The position numbers and the translations under genes were made by a program. A stretch of DNA of 64,000 nucleotides from contig DATMMW010000040.1 of assembly GCA_035569555.1 (NCBI GenBank), positions 214,101 through 278,100 of the forward strand, written 5' to 3'. The notes below the pieces were generated by a model. It worked only from the letters and a program-made list of their open reading frames with translations, was not told where the DNA came from and did no database searches. Shown piece after piece: positions 1 to 9,100 of the stretch. This DNA is from Candidatus Dormiibacterota bacterium. GTDB taxonomy: Bacteria > Acidobacteriota > Terriglobia > Acidiferrales > UBA7541. Numbering within the stretch: the first letter of the stretch is position 1; every line of letters starts with the position of its first letter.

Positions 1-1872
1 CCCACTATCGAGGCAGTTCAGGGGGCGATGCCGTTTCATGTCGAAGCGATTCGCGCTCTGGCGGAATCGGGCGATTGGATCGCCATCCGGGAACGACTCA
101 TGAGGCAGGTTCTTCCGCTCGAATCCATGAGTTCGGACTTGGTTAAAACTGTGGATGAAGAGATGGCGTCGGAGCGTCGAAACGCCGCGCTAAGTATCAG
201 CCAAGCGCAGAACCGGATGTTGCTCATCTTTCTGCTGACCGGTTCTTGCACGCTGTTGATCGCTGCCGTTCTCGGCGTTAGCATCACGCGAAGCATCACC
301 GAACCCCTCAACGGCCTTATGCAGAGTTCTTGCGCCCTGGCGCGCGGCGATTTCCGTCATCAGGTTTCCATCGCGGGAACGGACGAACTTGCGCAGCTGG
401 GCATCGTGGCTAACGAAACTGCAAAAACTCTGGATAACCTCTACGAGAATCTGCGCAGCCGCGAGGAGCGGCTCCACGAGAGTGAAAAGGAGCTCAAACA
501 GCTCATCGAACTCGTCCCCGCGCACGTTTTCGTTTTGCGTCCCGACGGTACCGGTCTTTACGCAAACCCGGTCGTTCTGGAGTATTACGGCAAAACACAC
601 AAGGAGTGGGCCACAGAGGGATTCCGCAACACAGTCGTGCATCCAGAAGATCTGGAGAACTATCTGGCCACGCTGGATACGCAGTTCAAGAAGGGCGAGC
701 TTTTCGAGATCGAAGCACGCATCCTCAGAAAGGACGGATGTTACCGCTGGTTTCTAAGCCGCTTCAACCCACTGCGGGACGAGCGAGGCCAAATTTTGCG
801 ATGGTACGTCGCACGGACAGACATCGAGGAAGGGAAACTACAAACAGAACGCGCGCAAAACGAAAACCTCGCTCTGCGTGAAGAAGTCAATCGCACCTCC
901 ATGTTTGAGGAAATTCTGGGAACTTCGGACAATCTGATGGCTGTCCTTTCCGAGGTCTCGGTTGTGGCACCCACGGACTCGACCGTACTCATTCTCGGCG
1001 AAACAGGCACGGGCAAGGAATTAGTAGCGCGTGCCATCCACAAACAATCCCGCCGCGCAAACCACACTTTCATCCGCGTCAACTGTGCCGCGATTCCTCC
1101 TTCCTTGATTTCTTCCGAACTTTTTGGTCACGAGAAAGGCGCCTTTACAGGGGCGCTTGAGCGCCGCATGGGCCGCTTTGAAGCTGCCAACGGCGGCACG
1201 ATGTTTCTCGACGAAATCGGCGAGTTGCCCGCCGAGACTCAAGTTGCGCTCCTCCGCGTTTTGCAGGAACGCGAGTTCGAACGCGTCGGCAGCAATCAGC
1301 CTATTTCCACAGACGTCCGCATTCTCGCCGCAACCAATCGCAACCTCAAAGCGGCTGTGGCCGCAGGCACTTTCCGTCAGGACCTCTTCTATCGTTTGAA
1401 CGTCTTTCCCATTCAGATGCCTGCGCTGCGTGATCGGGCCGACGATATCCCCTTGCTCCTTGAATATTTCATCGAACGCTATGCGAAAAAGGCCGGCAAG
1501 AAAATCCAGAACATCAAAAAGAACACGCTCGATCTTTTTCAGTCCTACGACTGGCCTGGAAATATTCGGGAGCTTCAAAACGTCGTCGAGCGAGCCGTGC
1601 TTCTGTGCGAAGACGACACCCTTTCCATTGACGCTTCGTGGCTGAAACAGCAGACTCGCTCTTCCACATCGACTGCCGCAGTCTCTCTGACGGGGATTGG
1701 AAAACTCAAAGCGAGCCGCGAACGAGAACTCATTGAAGCTGCTCTGGCCGAATGTTCGGGGCGCATCTCCGGCCCTTCCGGGGCAGCGGCAAAACTCGGC
1801 ATCCCTCGGCAGACGCTCGACTCGATGATTGCCCGATACGGAATTAAGAAATACAAATACATGAACGGCTGA
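1..1872 (+). CDS. sigma-54-dependent Fis-family transcriptional activator (TM-HAMP-PAS-AAA+-HTH), possibly 5'-partial
   Basis: Frame is open from nt 1 (first ATG at 28, no upstream stop) to the stop at 1870-1872. Contains TM helix MLLIFLLTGSCTLLIAAVLGV, a HAMP-like linker, a PAS-like segment (RILRKDGCYRWFLSRFNPLRDERG), Walker A GETGTGKE, sigma-54 contact loop EKGAFTGA and C-terminal HTH AAAKLGIPRQTLDSMI. Confidence 0.9.
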   Translation, partial: PTIEAVQGAMPFHVEAIRALAESGDWIAIRERLMRQVLPLESMSSDLVKTVDEEMASERRNAALSISQAQNRMLLIFLLTGSCTLLIAAVLGVSITRSITEPLNGLMQSSCALARGDFRHQVSIAGTDELAQLGIVANETAKTLDNLYENLRSREERLHESEKELKQLIELVPAHVFVLRPDGTGLYANPVVLEYYGKTHKEWATEGFRNTVVHPEDLENYLATLDTQFKKGELFEIEARILRKDGCYRWFLSRFNPLRDERGQILRWYVARTDIEEGKLQTERAQNENLALREEVNRTSMFEEILGTSDNLMAVLSEVSVVAPTDSTVLILGETGTGKELVARAIHKQSRRANHTFIRVNCAAIPPSLISSELFGHEKGAFTGALERRMGRFEAANGGTMFLDEIGELPAETQVALLRVLQEREFERVGSNQPISTDVRILAATNRNLKAAVAAGTFRQDLFYRLNVFPIQMPALRDRADDIPLLLEYFIERYAKKAGKKIQNIKKNTLDLFQSYDWPGNIRELQNVVERAVLLCEDDTLSIDASWLKQQTRSSTSTAAVSLTGIGKLKASRERELIEAALAECSGRISGPSGAAAKLGIPRQTLDSMIARYGIKKYKYMNG

Positions 1873-1983
1873 TCTTCCTGGGACAAGTTTTCGCCCTGAC
1901 CGCGAGAATCTTTGCCTGAACGCGATTCTCATTGGCGGCAATCTGCCTCTTTTCGATACAATCCCTCCCTTGGAGGATGGTCC

Positions 1984-2415
1984 TTGGCCCCGCGACAGCT
2001 CCTTTTGCGGCTTCAACTTCGAAGCAATCCGCAAGTTCTTTGTGGTGTGCGTGGGGCTGTGTCTCCCCTTGCCAGTGCCATCGGTTTCGGCGAAGAGGAT
2101 TGCAGAGCTATCACTCTCGCTTTGGATGAGGCAATCACCAACGTAATTCGCCACGCGTACGGCGGCAAACTCGACCGCAAGATCGAGATTCGGTTCAGCG
2201 TGCTGAACGGGGCCAAAGAAGGCAAGCCGGCTCTCGAAATCTTATTGCTCGACCAAGGCGCAAAGCCCGAGCCTGACGCGCTAAAAGGTCTGCCCCCTGG
2301 CGAGCTTCGTTCTGGTGGACTTGGACTCCATTTCATGCGACAAAGCATGGACGCAGTTGTCCATACCCGGGTCGGTTCGACCAACCGCCTCCGCATGGTC
2401 AAGTTTATTCGCTAA
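1984..2415 (+). CDS. anti-sigma regulatory factor / STAS-protein serine kinase (RsbW/SpoIIAB-like GHKL ATPase)
   Basis: ORF track gives 1912-2415. I prefer TTG 1984 because GGAGGA (1972-1977) lies 6 nt upstream and the product is about 143 aa, typical for RsbW. Has N-box-like LDEAITNVIRHAY and G-box-like SGGLGLHFMRQSMD. Confidence 0.7.
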   Translation: MAPRQLLLRLQLRSNPQVLCGVRGAVSPLASAIGFGEEDCRAITLALDEAITNVIRHAYGGKLDRKIEIRFSVLNGAKEGKPALEILLLDQGAKPEPDALKGLPPGELRSGGLGLHFMRQSMDAVVHTRVGSTNRLRMVKFIR

Positions 2416-2423
2416 AGGATTAA

Positions 2424-2780
2424 ATGAGGAGCATACTGGTGCAAATCTCTGCGCGGCGTTTGGAAAACACGACGATCTTCGACGTGATCGGCGACATTGA
2501 CCTGGCCAATTCGCCCGCAGTACGTAAAGCCTTGCTCACCGAGATCCGCGAGAAGAAAATTCCCCGCGTCATCATGAACCTCCAGGGCGTCAAATATATT
2601 GACAGCTCCGGCATCGCATCGCTCGTTGAGGGTTTAAAGGCTTCTCGCGACGTACAAGCGCGGTTTATCCTTTTCGGCCTTAGCAAGTCCGCGCGTGAAG
2701 TTCTGCAGTTGTCCCGGCTGCTTAAGCTATTTGAAATTTACGAGAATGAAGAGCAGGCTCTTTCAAACGAAGGCGCTTAG
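2424..2780 (+). CDS. STAS-domain anti-sigma-factor antagonist (SpoIIAA/RsbV-like; positional equivalent of MlaB)
   Basis: 118-aa ORF starting 8 nt after the kinase stop. STAS-type sequence with the phospho-acceptor context VKYIDSSGIASLVEG (Ser codons 2604-2609). Confidence 0.85.
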   Translation: MRSILVQISARRLENTTIFDVIGDIDLANSPAVRKALLTEIREKKIPRVIMNLQGVKYIDSSGIASLVEGLKASRDVQARFILFGLSKSAREVLQLSRLLKLFEIYENEEQALSNEGA

Positions 2781-2807
2781 TCTTTTCAAAGATTTCCAGG
2801 TGTACTT

Positions 2808-3605
2808 GTGGAATTTGCCGTTCAAATAGGGCAGTCCGTACTCAACTCGCTTGCCTACCTCGGTTCGCTGGCGATGCTGACGGCGCGTGCGGGCTATTAC
2901 ACGGTCGTTGCGCCTTTTCAGGGCAAGCCGGTGCGTTTTCAGCGCGCGATTACGCAGGCGATGCAAGTCGGCGTTCGCTGCCTTCCCATTCTTTCCCTCA
3001 TTACATTTTTCATCGGACTGATTCTTGCATTGCAAGCGGCCTACGAACTGAAAAAATTCGGCGCGATGAATTTTGTCGCAAGCGCAGTTGCTATCTCGAT
3101 GAGCCGCGAACTTGGCCCGCTCATTACTGCTGTGGTTGTCATCGGGCGCTCCGGTTCTGCATTTGCTGCCGAGATCGGCACGATGAAAGTGACTGAGGAA
3201 CTGGATGCGCTGGAAACGATGGCAATCAATCCGGTCCATTTTCTCGTCACGCCCAAATTTATCGCCATGGCCGTCATGCTTCCATGCCTCACGATTTGGG
3301 CCAACGCCATGGGTGTGCTCGGCGGTTCGCTCTTTGGCGTGGCAAAAGCCGGATTCACATTCCTTAGCTACATTAACGCGACGACGGATGCGCTTTTCCT
3401 CCGCGATATCGTCAGCGGCCTCATCAAGAGTTTTATGTTTGGTTTGACTATCACCGCGGTCGGTTGTCAGGAAGGTCTTGCCACTGGCGCAGGAGCAGAG
3501 CAAGTAGGACGTTCCACCACTTCCGCCGTCGTCGTTTCCATTTTTCTCGTGATTGCCGTGGACCTCGTTTTCACAGCGCTCTTTTATTTTTTGGGAGGCC
3601 AGTAG
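2808..3605 (+). CDS. mlaE: MlaE-family lipid ABC transporter permease
   Basis: 265-aa multi-pass membrane ORF (GTG start) with MlaE/YrbE-like sequence (ELGPLITAVVVIGRSGSAFAAEIGTMKVTEELDALETMAI). Confidence 0.9.
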   Translation: MEFAVQIGQSVLNSLAYLGSLAMLTARAGYYTVVAPFQGKPVRFQRAITQAMQVGVRCLPILSLITFFIGLILALQAAYELKKFGAMNFVASAVAISMSRELGPLITAVVVIGRSGSAFAAEIGTMKVTEELDALETMAINPVHFLVTPKFIAMAVMLPCLTIWANAMGVLGGSLFGVAKAGFTFLSYINATTDALFLRDIVSGLIKSFMFGLTITAVGCQEGLATGAGAEQVGRSTTSAVVVSIFLVIAVDLVFTALFYFLGGQ

Positions 3606-3606
3606 A

Positions 3607-4443
3607 GTGAGTAGCCCGGCCAGTCCACTCGACCAAGCGACGACGCCTGCCATTTCGCTTCGCAACCTCCGCGTGAGTTACGGCGATCGCGAAATTCTTC
3701 ATGGTGTCTCGTTCGATGTGCAGCAAGGGGAAACGCTCGTTATCCTTGGTGGTTCAGGTTCCGGCAAAAGCACGCTTCTGCGCACGCTCGTAGGTCTTGA
3801 GCGCCCAACGTCCGGCGAGATTTGGATTAAGGGGAAAAACCTTGCGACGATTTCGGATGATGAGCTCGACACGCTGCGCCGCCACATGGGTATGTCCTTT
3901 CAGGGAGGCGCACTTTTTGGTTCGATGACCGTTGGAGAAAATGTGGCGCTGCCTCTGCGCGAACACACAAAGCTTGAAGACCCGACGATCGAAATCATGC
4001 TCCGCCTTAAGCTCGACCAAGTCGGCCTTTCCGGTTACGAAGATTATTTTCCGTCACAACTCAGCGGCGGCATGAAAAAGCGTGCCGCAGTCGCCCGTGC
4101 GCTCGCCATGGATCCGGAAATCCTTTTTTTTGACGAACCATCGGCCGGCCTCGATCCCATCATCGCCGCAGGAATTGACGAGCTCATCCTCGAGCTCAAA
4201 GAAGCGTTCCACATGACCATCATCGTCGTGACGCACGAGCTTGCCAGCGCTTTTCTCATTGCCGACCGCATGGTTCTCATCAATAAGGGCGAGGTTGTAG
4301 CGCTTGGCACTGCCGAAGAAATGCGCACAAGTACGCATCCACGCGTGCGGCAGTTTTTGGACCGGATTGCAGAACCGGCAGTTTCGCAGGAATTGGATTA
4401 CCTCCAGATGCTCACGGAGGACCGCCACGGCAATCGCCGCTGA
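3607..4443 (+). CDS. mlaF: MlaF-type ABC transporter ATP-binding protein
   Basis: GTG at 3607 is 1 nt after the mlaE stop and in frame with ORF 3553-4443. Walker A GGSGSGKS, ABC signature LSGGMKKR, Walker B ILFFDEP. Confidence 0.9.
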   Translation: MSSPASPLDQATTPAISLRNLRVSYGDREILHGVSFDVQQGETLVILGGSGSGKSTLLRTLVGLERPTSGEIWIKGKNLATISDDELDTLRRHMGMSFQGGALFGSMTVGENVALPLREHTKLEDPTIEIMLRLKLDQVGLSGYEDYFPSQLSGGMKKRAAVARALAMDPEILFFDEPSAGLDPIIAAGIDELILELKEAFHMTIIVVTHELASAFLIADRMVLINKGEVVALGTAEEMRTSTHPRVRQFLDRIAEPAVSQELDYLQMLTEDRHGNRR

Positions 4444-4462
4444 GCGAGAGGAGTAAGGGAAG

Positions 4463-5428
4463 ATGGAAGCCAGGCGAGAACAAGTGGCGGTCGGATTATT
4501 TGTCATCGTGGCCGCAGGTCTCTTAGTTGCTACGGTGTTCGCATTGGGCGGCGCGTTTAGCAGCTCACCCGTCACGTACCGCGCATACTTTCCGTTTGCC
4601 GGCGGAATCGAGCCGGGAGCCACAGTTCGTTATGCAGGCGGTCCAAAAATCGGCCGCGTGGAAATGCTGCGCATTGACCCTAAGGATCCTACGCGCATGG
4701 AAATCACCGTCAGCGTAAAGCCGGGCCTTCCCATCAAATCGGACAGCAGAGTCCGCATCATGAGCATGAGCCCGCTCGGCGAAAATCACGTGGAGATCAT
4801 GGCGGGCAGCCAGCAGGCCACATCCGCTCCTCCGGGAACTACGCTGCCGTCCGACCCGTACGTGGATTTCAACGCCATCACTTCACAATTGAATGACATC
4901 GCTCCAGACGCAAAAAAGCTGCTTGCCACGCTCAATCAGCGCACCACAGAACTGGGAGAAACGATTGCGCGCGTCAACGATATGCTCAACGCGCAGAATC
5001 GGAACAATCTATCCGCTACCCTCTCTAACGCGCGCGGCATGCTGGAAGAAAACCGTCCGGCGCTCAGATCCAGCCTTACCCAAGTTGAAGCCGCGTCGCA
5101 CAAAATGGGCCCGCTCTTGGACGACCTGCGGAAAACTTCCGCCGAAGCAAATCAGACGCTCGATCATGTGGATGCGCTCGTCACGGAAGATCGTCCTGAA
5201 ATTCATCAGGCCATCATCGAGCTTCGCCAGAATCTCGCGCAACTCCAAAAATTGACTGGCCAGCTGAACAGCACACTGGACACGAATTCCGAAAATATTG
5301 ACGAGCTGCTCGAAAACTTCCGCCACGTCAGCGAAAACCTGCGTGAATTTACAGAAATCATCAAGACCCGGCCCTCCACGCTGATTCGTTCTTCCACTCC
5401 CAAAGAACACAAGCCGGGGCAGCCATGA
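4463..5428 (+). CDS. mlaD: MlaD/MCE-domain substrate-binding protein with long helical C-terminal extension
   Basis: N-terminal TM anchor, then an MCE-like domain (YRAYFPFAGGIEPGATVRYAGGPKIGRVE...), followed by about 180 aa of helical, Leu/Asn/Glu-rich sequence. Confidence 0.85.
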   Translation: MEARREQVAVGLFVIVAAGLLVATVFALGGAFSSSPVTYRAYFPFAGGIEPGATVRYAGGPKIGRVEMLRIDPKDPTRMEITVSVKPGLPIKSDSRVRIMSMSPLGENHVEIMAGSQQATSAPPGTTLPSDPYVDFNAITSQLNDIAPDAKKLLATLNQRTTELGETIARVNDMLNAQNRNNLSATLSNARGMLEENRPALRSSLTQVEAASHKMGPLLDDLRKTSAEANQTLDHVDALVTEDRPEIHQAIIELRQNLAQLQKLTGQLNSTLDTNSENIDELLENFRHVSENLREFTEIIKTRPSTLIRSSTPKEHKPGQP

Positions 5429-5478
5429 GCAACGAAAAAACGAATTTTACGTTTTTCATTAAAGGTGAGGTCGTACCC

Positions 5479-6099
5479 ATGAACAGGTGGAAAAAAATCT
5501 ACGCTCTTGCTTCCATGGCTGCGGCGGCTTGTCTTGTGTTTGGTTGCGGCGCCGCTCGGCCCAGCAAATACTACCAGCTCACTCCTCCAGCCGGCTCCGC
5601 TAGTAACGCCGTTCAGGACACGCTCCCTGTATCTCTGCTGCTCGGCCCCATGCAAACCTCGCATCTCTACCGTGAGGATCGCATTGTCTACAGCTCCGAA
5701 CACGAGGCGATGGGCACCTACGAGACGGAACGATGGGCAGAGCCGCCTGTCGAAATGATGCAGGGCGTTCTGTTGCGCCAGTTGCGCAGGTCCGGCCGCT
5801 ATCGCGACGTCAACACGCTGCGCAGCGGGGCGCACGGCGATTATTTGCTGCGGGGACGCCTCTACGACTTCAAGGAAGTCTCAGGAAAAGCATTCGTTGC
5901 CCGGCTCAGCTTTGATCTCGAACTGCACGATATGAAGACGAACTCGACGGTTTGGACGTACACGTACAATTACGACGAACCGGTCGGCAGCAAGGACATC
6001 AACTCCCTGGTTGCTGCGCTGAACCGCAACGTACAGCGCGCAGCAGGAGAAGTGGCCGGCGCGCTCGATCAATATTTGGCGGCGCATCCGCCGAAATAA
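5479..6099 (+). CDS. ABC-type transport auxiliary lipoprotein (PqiC/YmbA-like)
   Basis: MNRWKKIYALASMAAAACLVFGCG carries a lipobox (LVFGC), followed by the PSKYYQL motif typical of this family. ATG 5479 is preceded by AGGTGAGG. An alternative ATG at 5425 overlaps the mlaD stop (ATGA). Confidence 0.7.
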   Translation: MNRWKKIYALASMAAAACLVFGCGAARPSKYYQLTPPAGSASNAVQDTLPVSLLLGPMQTSHLYREDRIVYSSEHEAMGTYETERWAEPPVEMMQGVLLRQLRRSGRYRDVNTLRSGAHGDYLLRGRLYDFKEVSGKAFVARLSFDLELHDMKTNSTVWTYTYNYDEPVGSKDINSLVAALNRNVQRAAGEVAGALDQYLAAHPPK

Positions 6100-6103
6100 T
6101 TTC

Positions 6104-9100
6104 TTAGCGCTTCGGTGTCTTCACCGGATCAGCCGGGCGTCCCGGCAGCTTCTTCGGATTCGCTTCCATCGCTTTCAATACTTCCGCAATGCCGCGCTCC
6201 AGCTGTGGATCTTTGCCGTCAATCACGGATGCCGCATCGTTCTCGACAACGATATCCGGGTCGACGCCGTGTCCTTCGATCACATACTGCCCTTGCACGG
6301 AAGCTGTCGCGAATTCAGGCACGAACACCGTTCCGCCATCCAGCAACGGCCCTCGGCCGGTAATTCCTACTACGCCGCCCCACGTCCGCTTCCCAATCAA
6401 CGGCCCAAGCCCCGCTTGTTTGAACATGTATGGAAAAATATCTCCGTCGGATGCCGAGGTCTCATTGATCAGGCAAACCTTTGATCCATAAAACACTCCG
6501 TCCGGATACGTTCCTGTATACGCATTCACGCGATCGAAATCTGTGCCGAGCAATTCGCGCCGCAGACGCTCAATCAACATTCGGGAAACGTTTCCGCCGC
6601 CATTTCCGCGTACGTCCACAACCAATCCTTCTTTGCGAATCTGCGGATAGTAATATTTGATGAATTCGCGAATTCCTGCAGCTCCCATATCTGGAACGTG
6701 GATATAACCGACGCGGCCATTCGTCACTTTCGAAACATATTCGCGATTGCGCGTCACCCATTCCAGATAAACCAGGTTTCGTTCCTGCGTGATCGGTTTG
6801 TAGCTTGTCTGCCACGAACCTTCCCAGCTCGGCTTGTCGTTCAGTGTAAGTTGCACGGGCCGGTTCGCCTTGTTCAGCAAAAATTCGTAAGGGTTGTCGT
6901 TCGCCTTCAACTCTTTTCCATCAATCGCAAGAATATAATTCCCTTCGCTCGCCTTGACGCCGACTTCCGTCAGAGGCGAACGGTACAACTCCTCTTCATT
7001 CTGTCCATGATAGATCTTGCTTATCTTGTATTTTCCCGCCGCCGCGTCCAGTTCGAACCAAGCGCCCATCAACGCCACCTGCGGTCGCTTCGGCATTTCC
7101 CAATCGCCGCCTTCAATGTACGCGTGGCCCACACTTAATTCAGCCACCATCTCGCCCAGCACGTAATTCAAATCCGACCGGTGCGCCACGTAGTCCACCA
7201 GCGGGCGATACTGTTCACGCAAGCCTTCCCAATCGTATCCATGCATATTCTTTACGTAGAAAAAGTCGCGGTACCTCCGCCACACTTCGTTGAAAATCTC
7301 CACCCACTCCTCATGTGGCACGCGATCCACCATCAATCCATCCGTAGCCACATTTTTCGGGTTGTTTTTTCCTTCCGGTTTCACGTCGTACAGTTTGTAT
7401 CCGCTTTGCCGCACCAAGACTTTCTTGCCGTCCGCTGACATTGCATACCCCTGGATGTTTTCCGCCAGCGTGCTCTCTTTGCGGTCTTTCAGCGAATACA
7501 CAACTAGACTGGCCTCTGGGAATGATTCACGCCCATAAAAGAACGCTCCGCCCTTCGCGTACACCAGATATTCTTTCGTCACCGAAAGCCCAAAATAGTT
7601 GTCTGCGCCCACGGGCACGCGCGTTACGCGGTCTGCCAGCCCGTCAAAATCAATCTTGATGTACTCCTTTTTCTTTTCTTCCTTTTTGTCCTTGTCGTCT
7701 TTTTTCTCGTCCTTCTTTTCGTCTTTCTTGTCGCCGTCCTTGGAGATGGTCACTTCATCGCTCTCCGGCGGAAACGGATTCTTCACATCTTTCCGCAGCG
7801 CCAGCGCATAAATCTCCTGCCCGCGGTCCGTCGCAAAATTGAACTCGACTTGGCTGATCTGCGGGGCGAACTCCCGTGTGCCGACGTAATACAGATAATT
7901 TCCCTCGGTGTCCCACGCGATATCCGTCGTTTCAAAAAAATCGCTCGTCACACGGTGTACTTGTCCGTCCCCAGCGCTCCACACATAAATCGACCGGAAT
8001 CCGTTCGGATTTGCTTCTGTAAATGCGATGTGTCCGCCATCCGCCGACCAGATGTAATCGCGGAGCCTTCCGCTCGGGTCCTGCGCCACCTGTGTCACTT
8101 TCTTGTCGTCAAGCGCCAGCACGTACAGCTTTCCGTCTTTGTCCGAAAACGCAATTCGCTTTCCGTCCGATGCCCATTCCGGCGCATACAGCATCGCGTG
8201 CATTCCGTGCGTCAATTCCTCCGGTTTTCCGGAACCGTCCTGATTGATTACATAGACTTCATCTTCACCATCGGCATCAGAAATGTATGCAATCTTCGCC
8301 CCGTCTGGCGACCACCGTCCCCACTTGTCATGTGCGTTCGAAGAGTTCGTCAAATTCCGTGTCGGGCCCTTTTCAATCGGCACACTGAAAATATCCCCGC
8401 GCGCCACGAACACTGCGCGCTCCCCTTTAGGACTCAACTCCATTCCTTCGATTTCGCCCGACGCCGAAACACGCGACGGCCGCATCGCTACCGAATCCGT
8501 CGGCACATTGATTGAAATATGCTCCGTTTTTCCCGTCTCTGTATTAAAAACGTTCAGTTCGCCATCCATCTCATAGACGATCTGATTCTTGTGATCCGTG
8601 CTTGGCCAGCGCAAATCCCATTTCTTGCTGTGTGTCAGTTGTTCGGTTTTTTTCGTCGAGGGATCGTAGGAATAAAGATTCAGCGTGTCGTCTTTGTCCG
8701 ACGAATAAAAAATCTTTCCGCCAACCCACATCGGATCGCGGTGCGCTCGCGGATCATCTGTAATCTTTTCCGCCGCGTGCGAACTCAAATCAAAAATATA
8801 AAGTTGCTGCGCCCAACCGCCGGAGTAGCGCTTCCACGTGCGAAAATCGCGGAACAGCGGCGAATACACAACTTTCTTTCCATCCGGAGCAAAATCACCG
8901 GCGCCTGATTTCGGCATTGGCAGCGCTACGGGCATTCCACCGTCAACACTCACCGTGTAGAGCCGGCTATCGCCAAGATCAAAATGCTCGCGCAACGAAC
9001 GGAACAGCACGGACTTTCCGTCCGGACTCCATCCATACACCTGATTGTCGTAACCCCACCGCGGCGTCAGCGGCCCGCGCGCTGGATAAAATGTCAGTTG

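Noticed and set aside
1932-1947. TTGGCGGCAATCTGCC as a sigma-54 promoter for the kinase/STAS/Mla cluster
   Set aside because: The GG-to-GC spacing is one nucleotide short of the strict -24/-12 geometry, and the -12 region lacks TTGC.
1021-2154. 377-aa minus-strand ORF
   Set aside because: It is antisense to the AAA+ and HTH part of the sigma-54 activator. The translation is low-complexity and Arg/Gly/Ser-rich, so it is a shadow ORF.
7664-7745. Simple-sequence tracts here and at 11659-11710, 36848-37237 and 59708-59775, considered as possible CRISPR or non-coding tandem repeats
   Set aside because: All lie inside well-supported ORFs and encode low-complexity peptide segments. There is no repeat-spacer architecture anywhere in the window.
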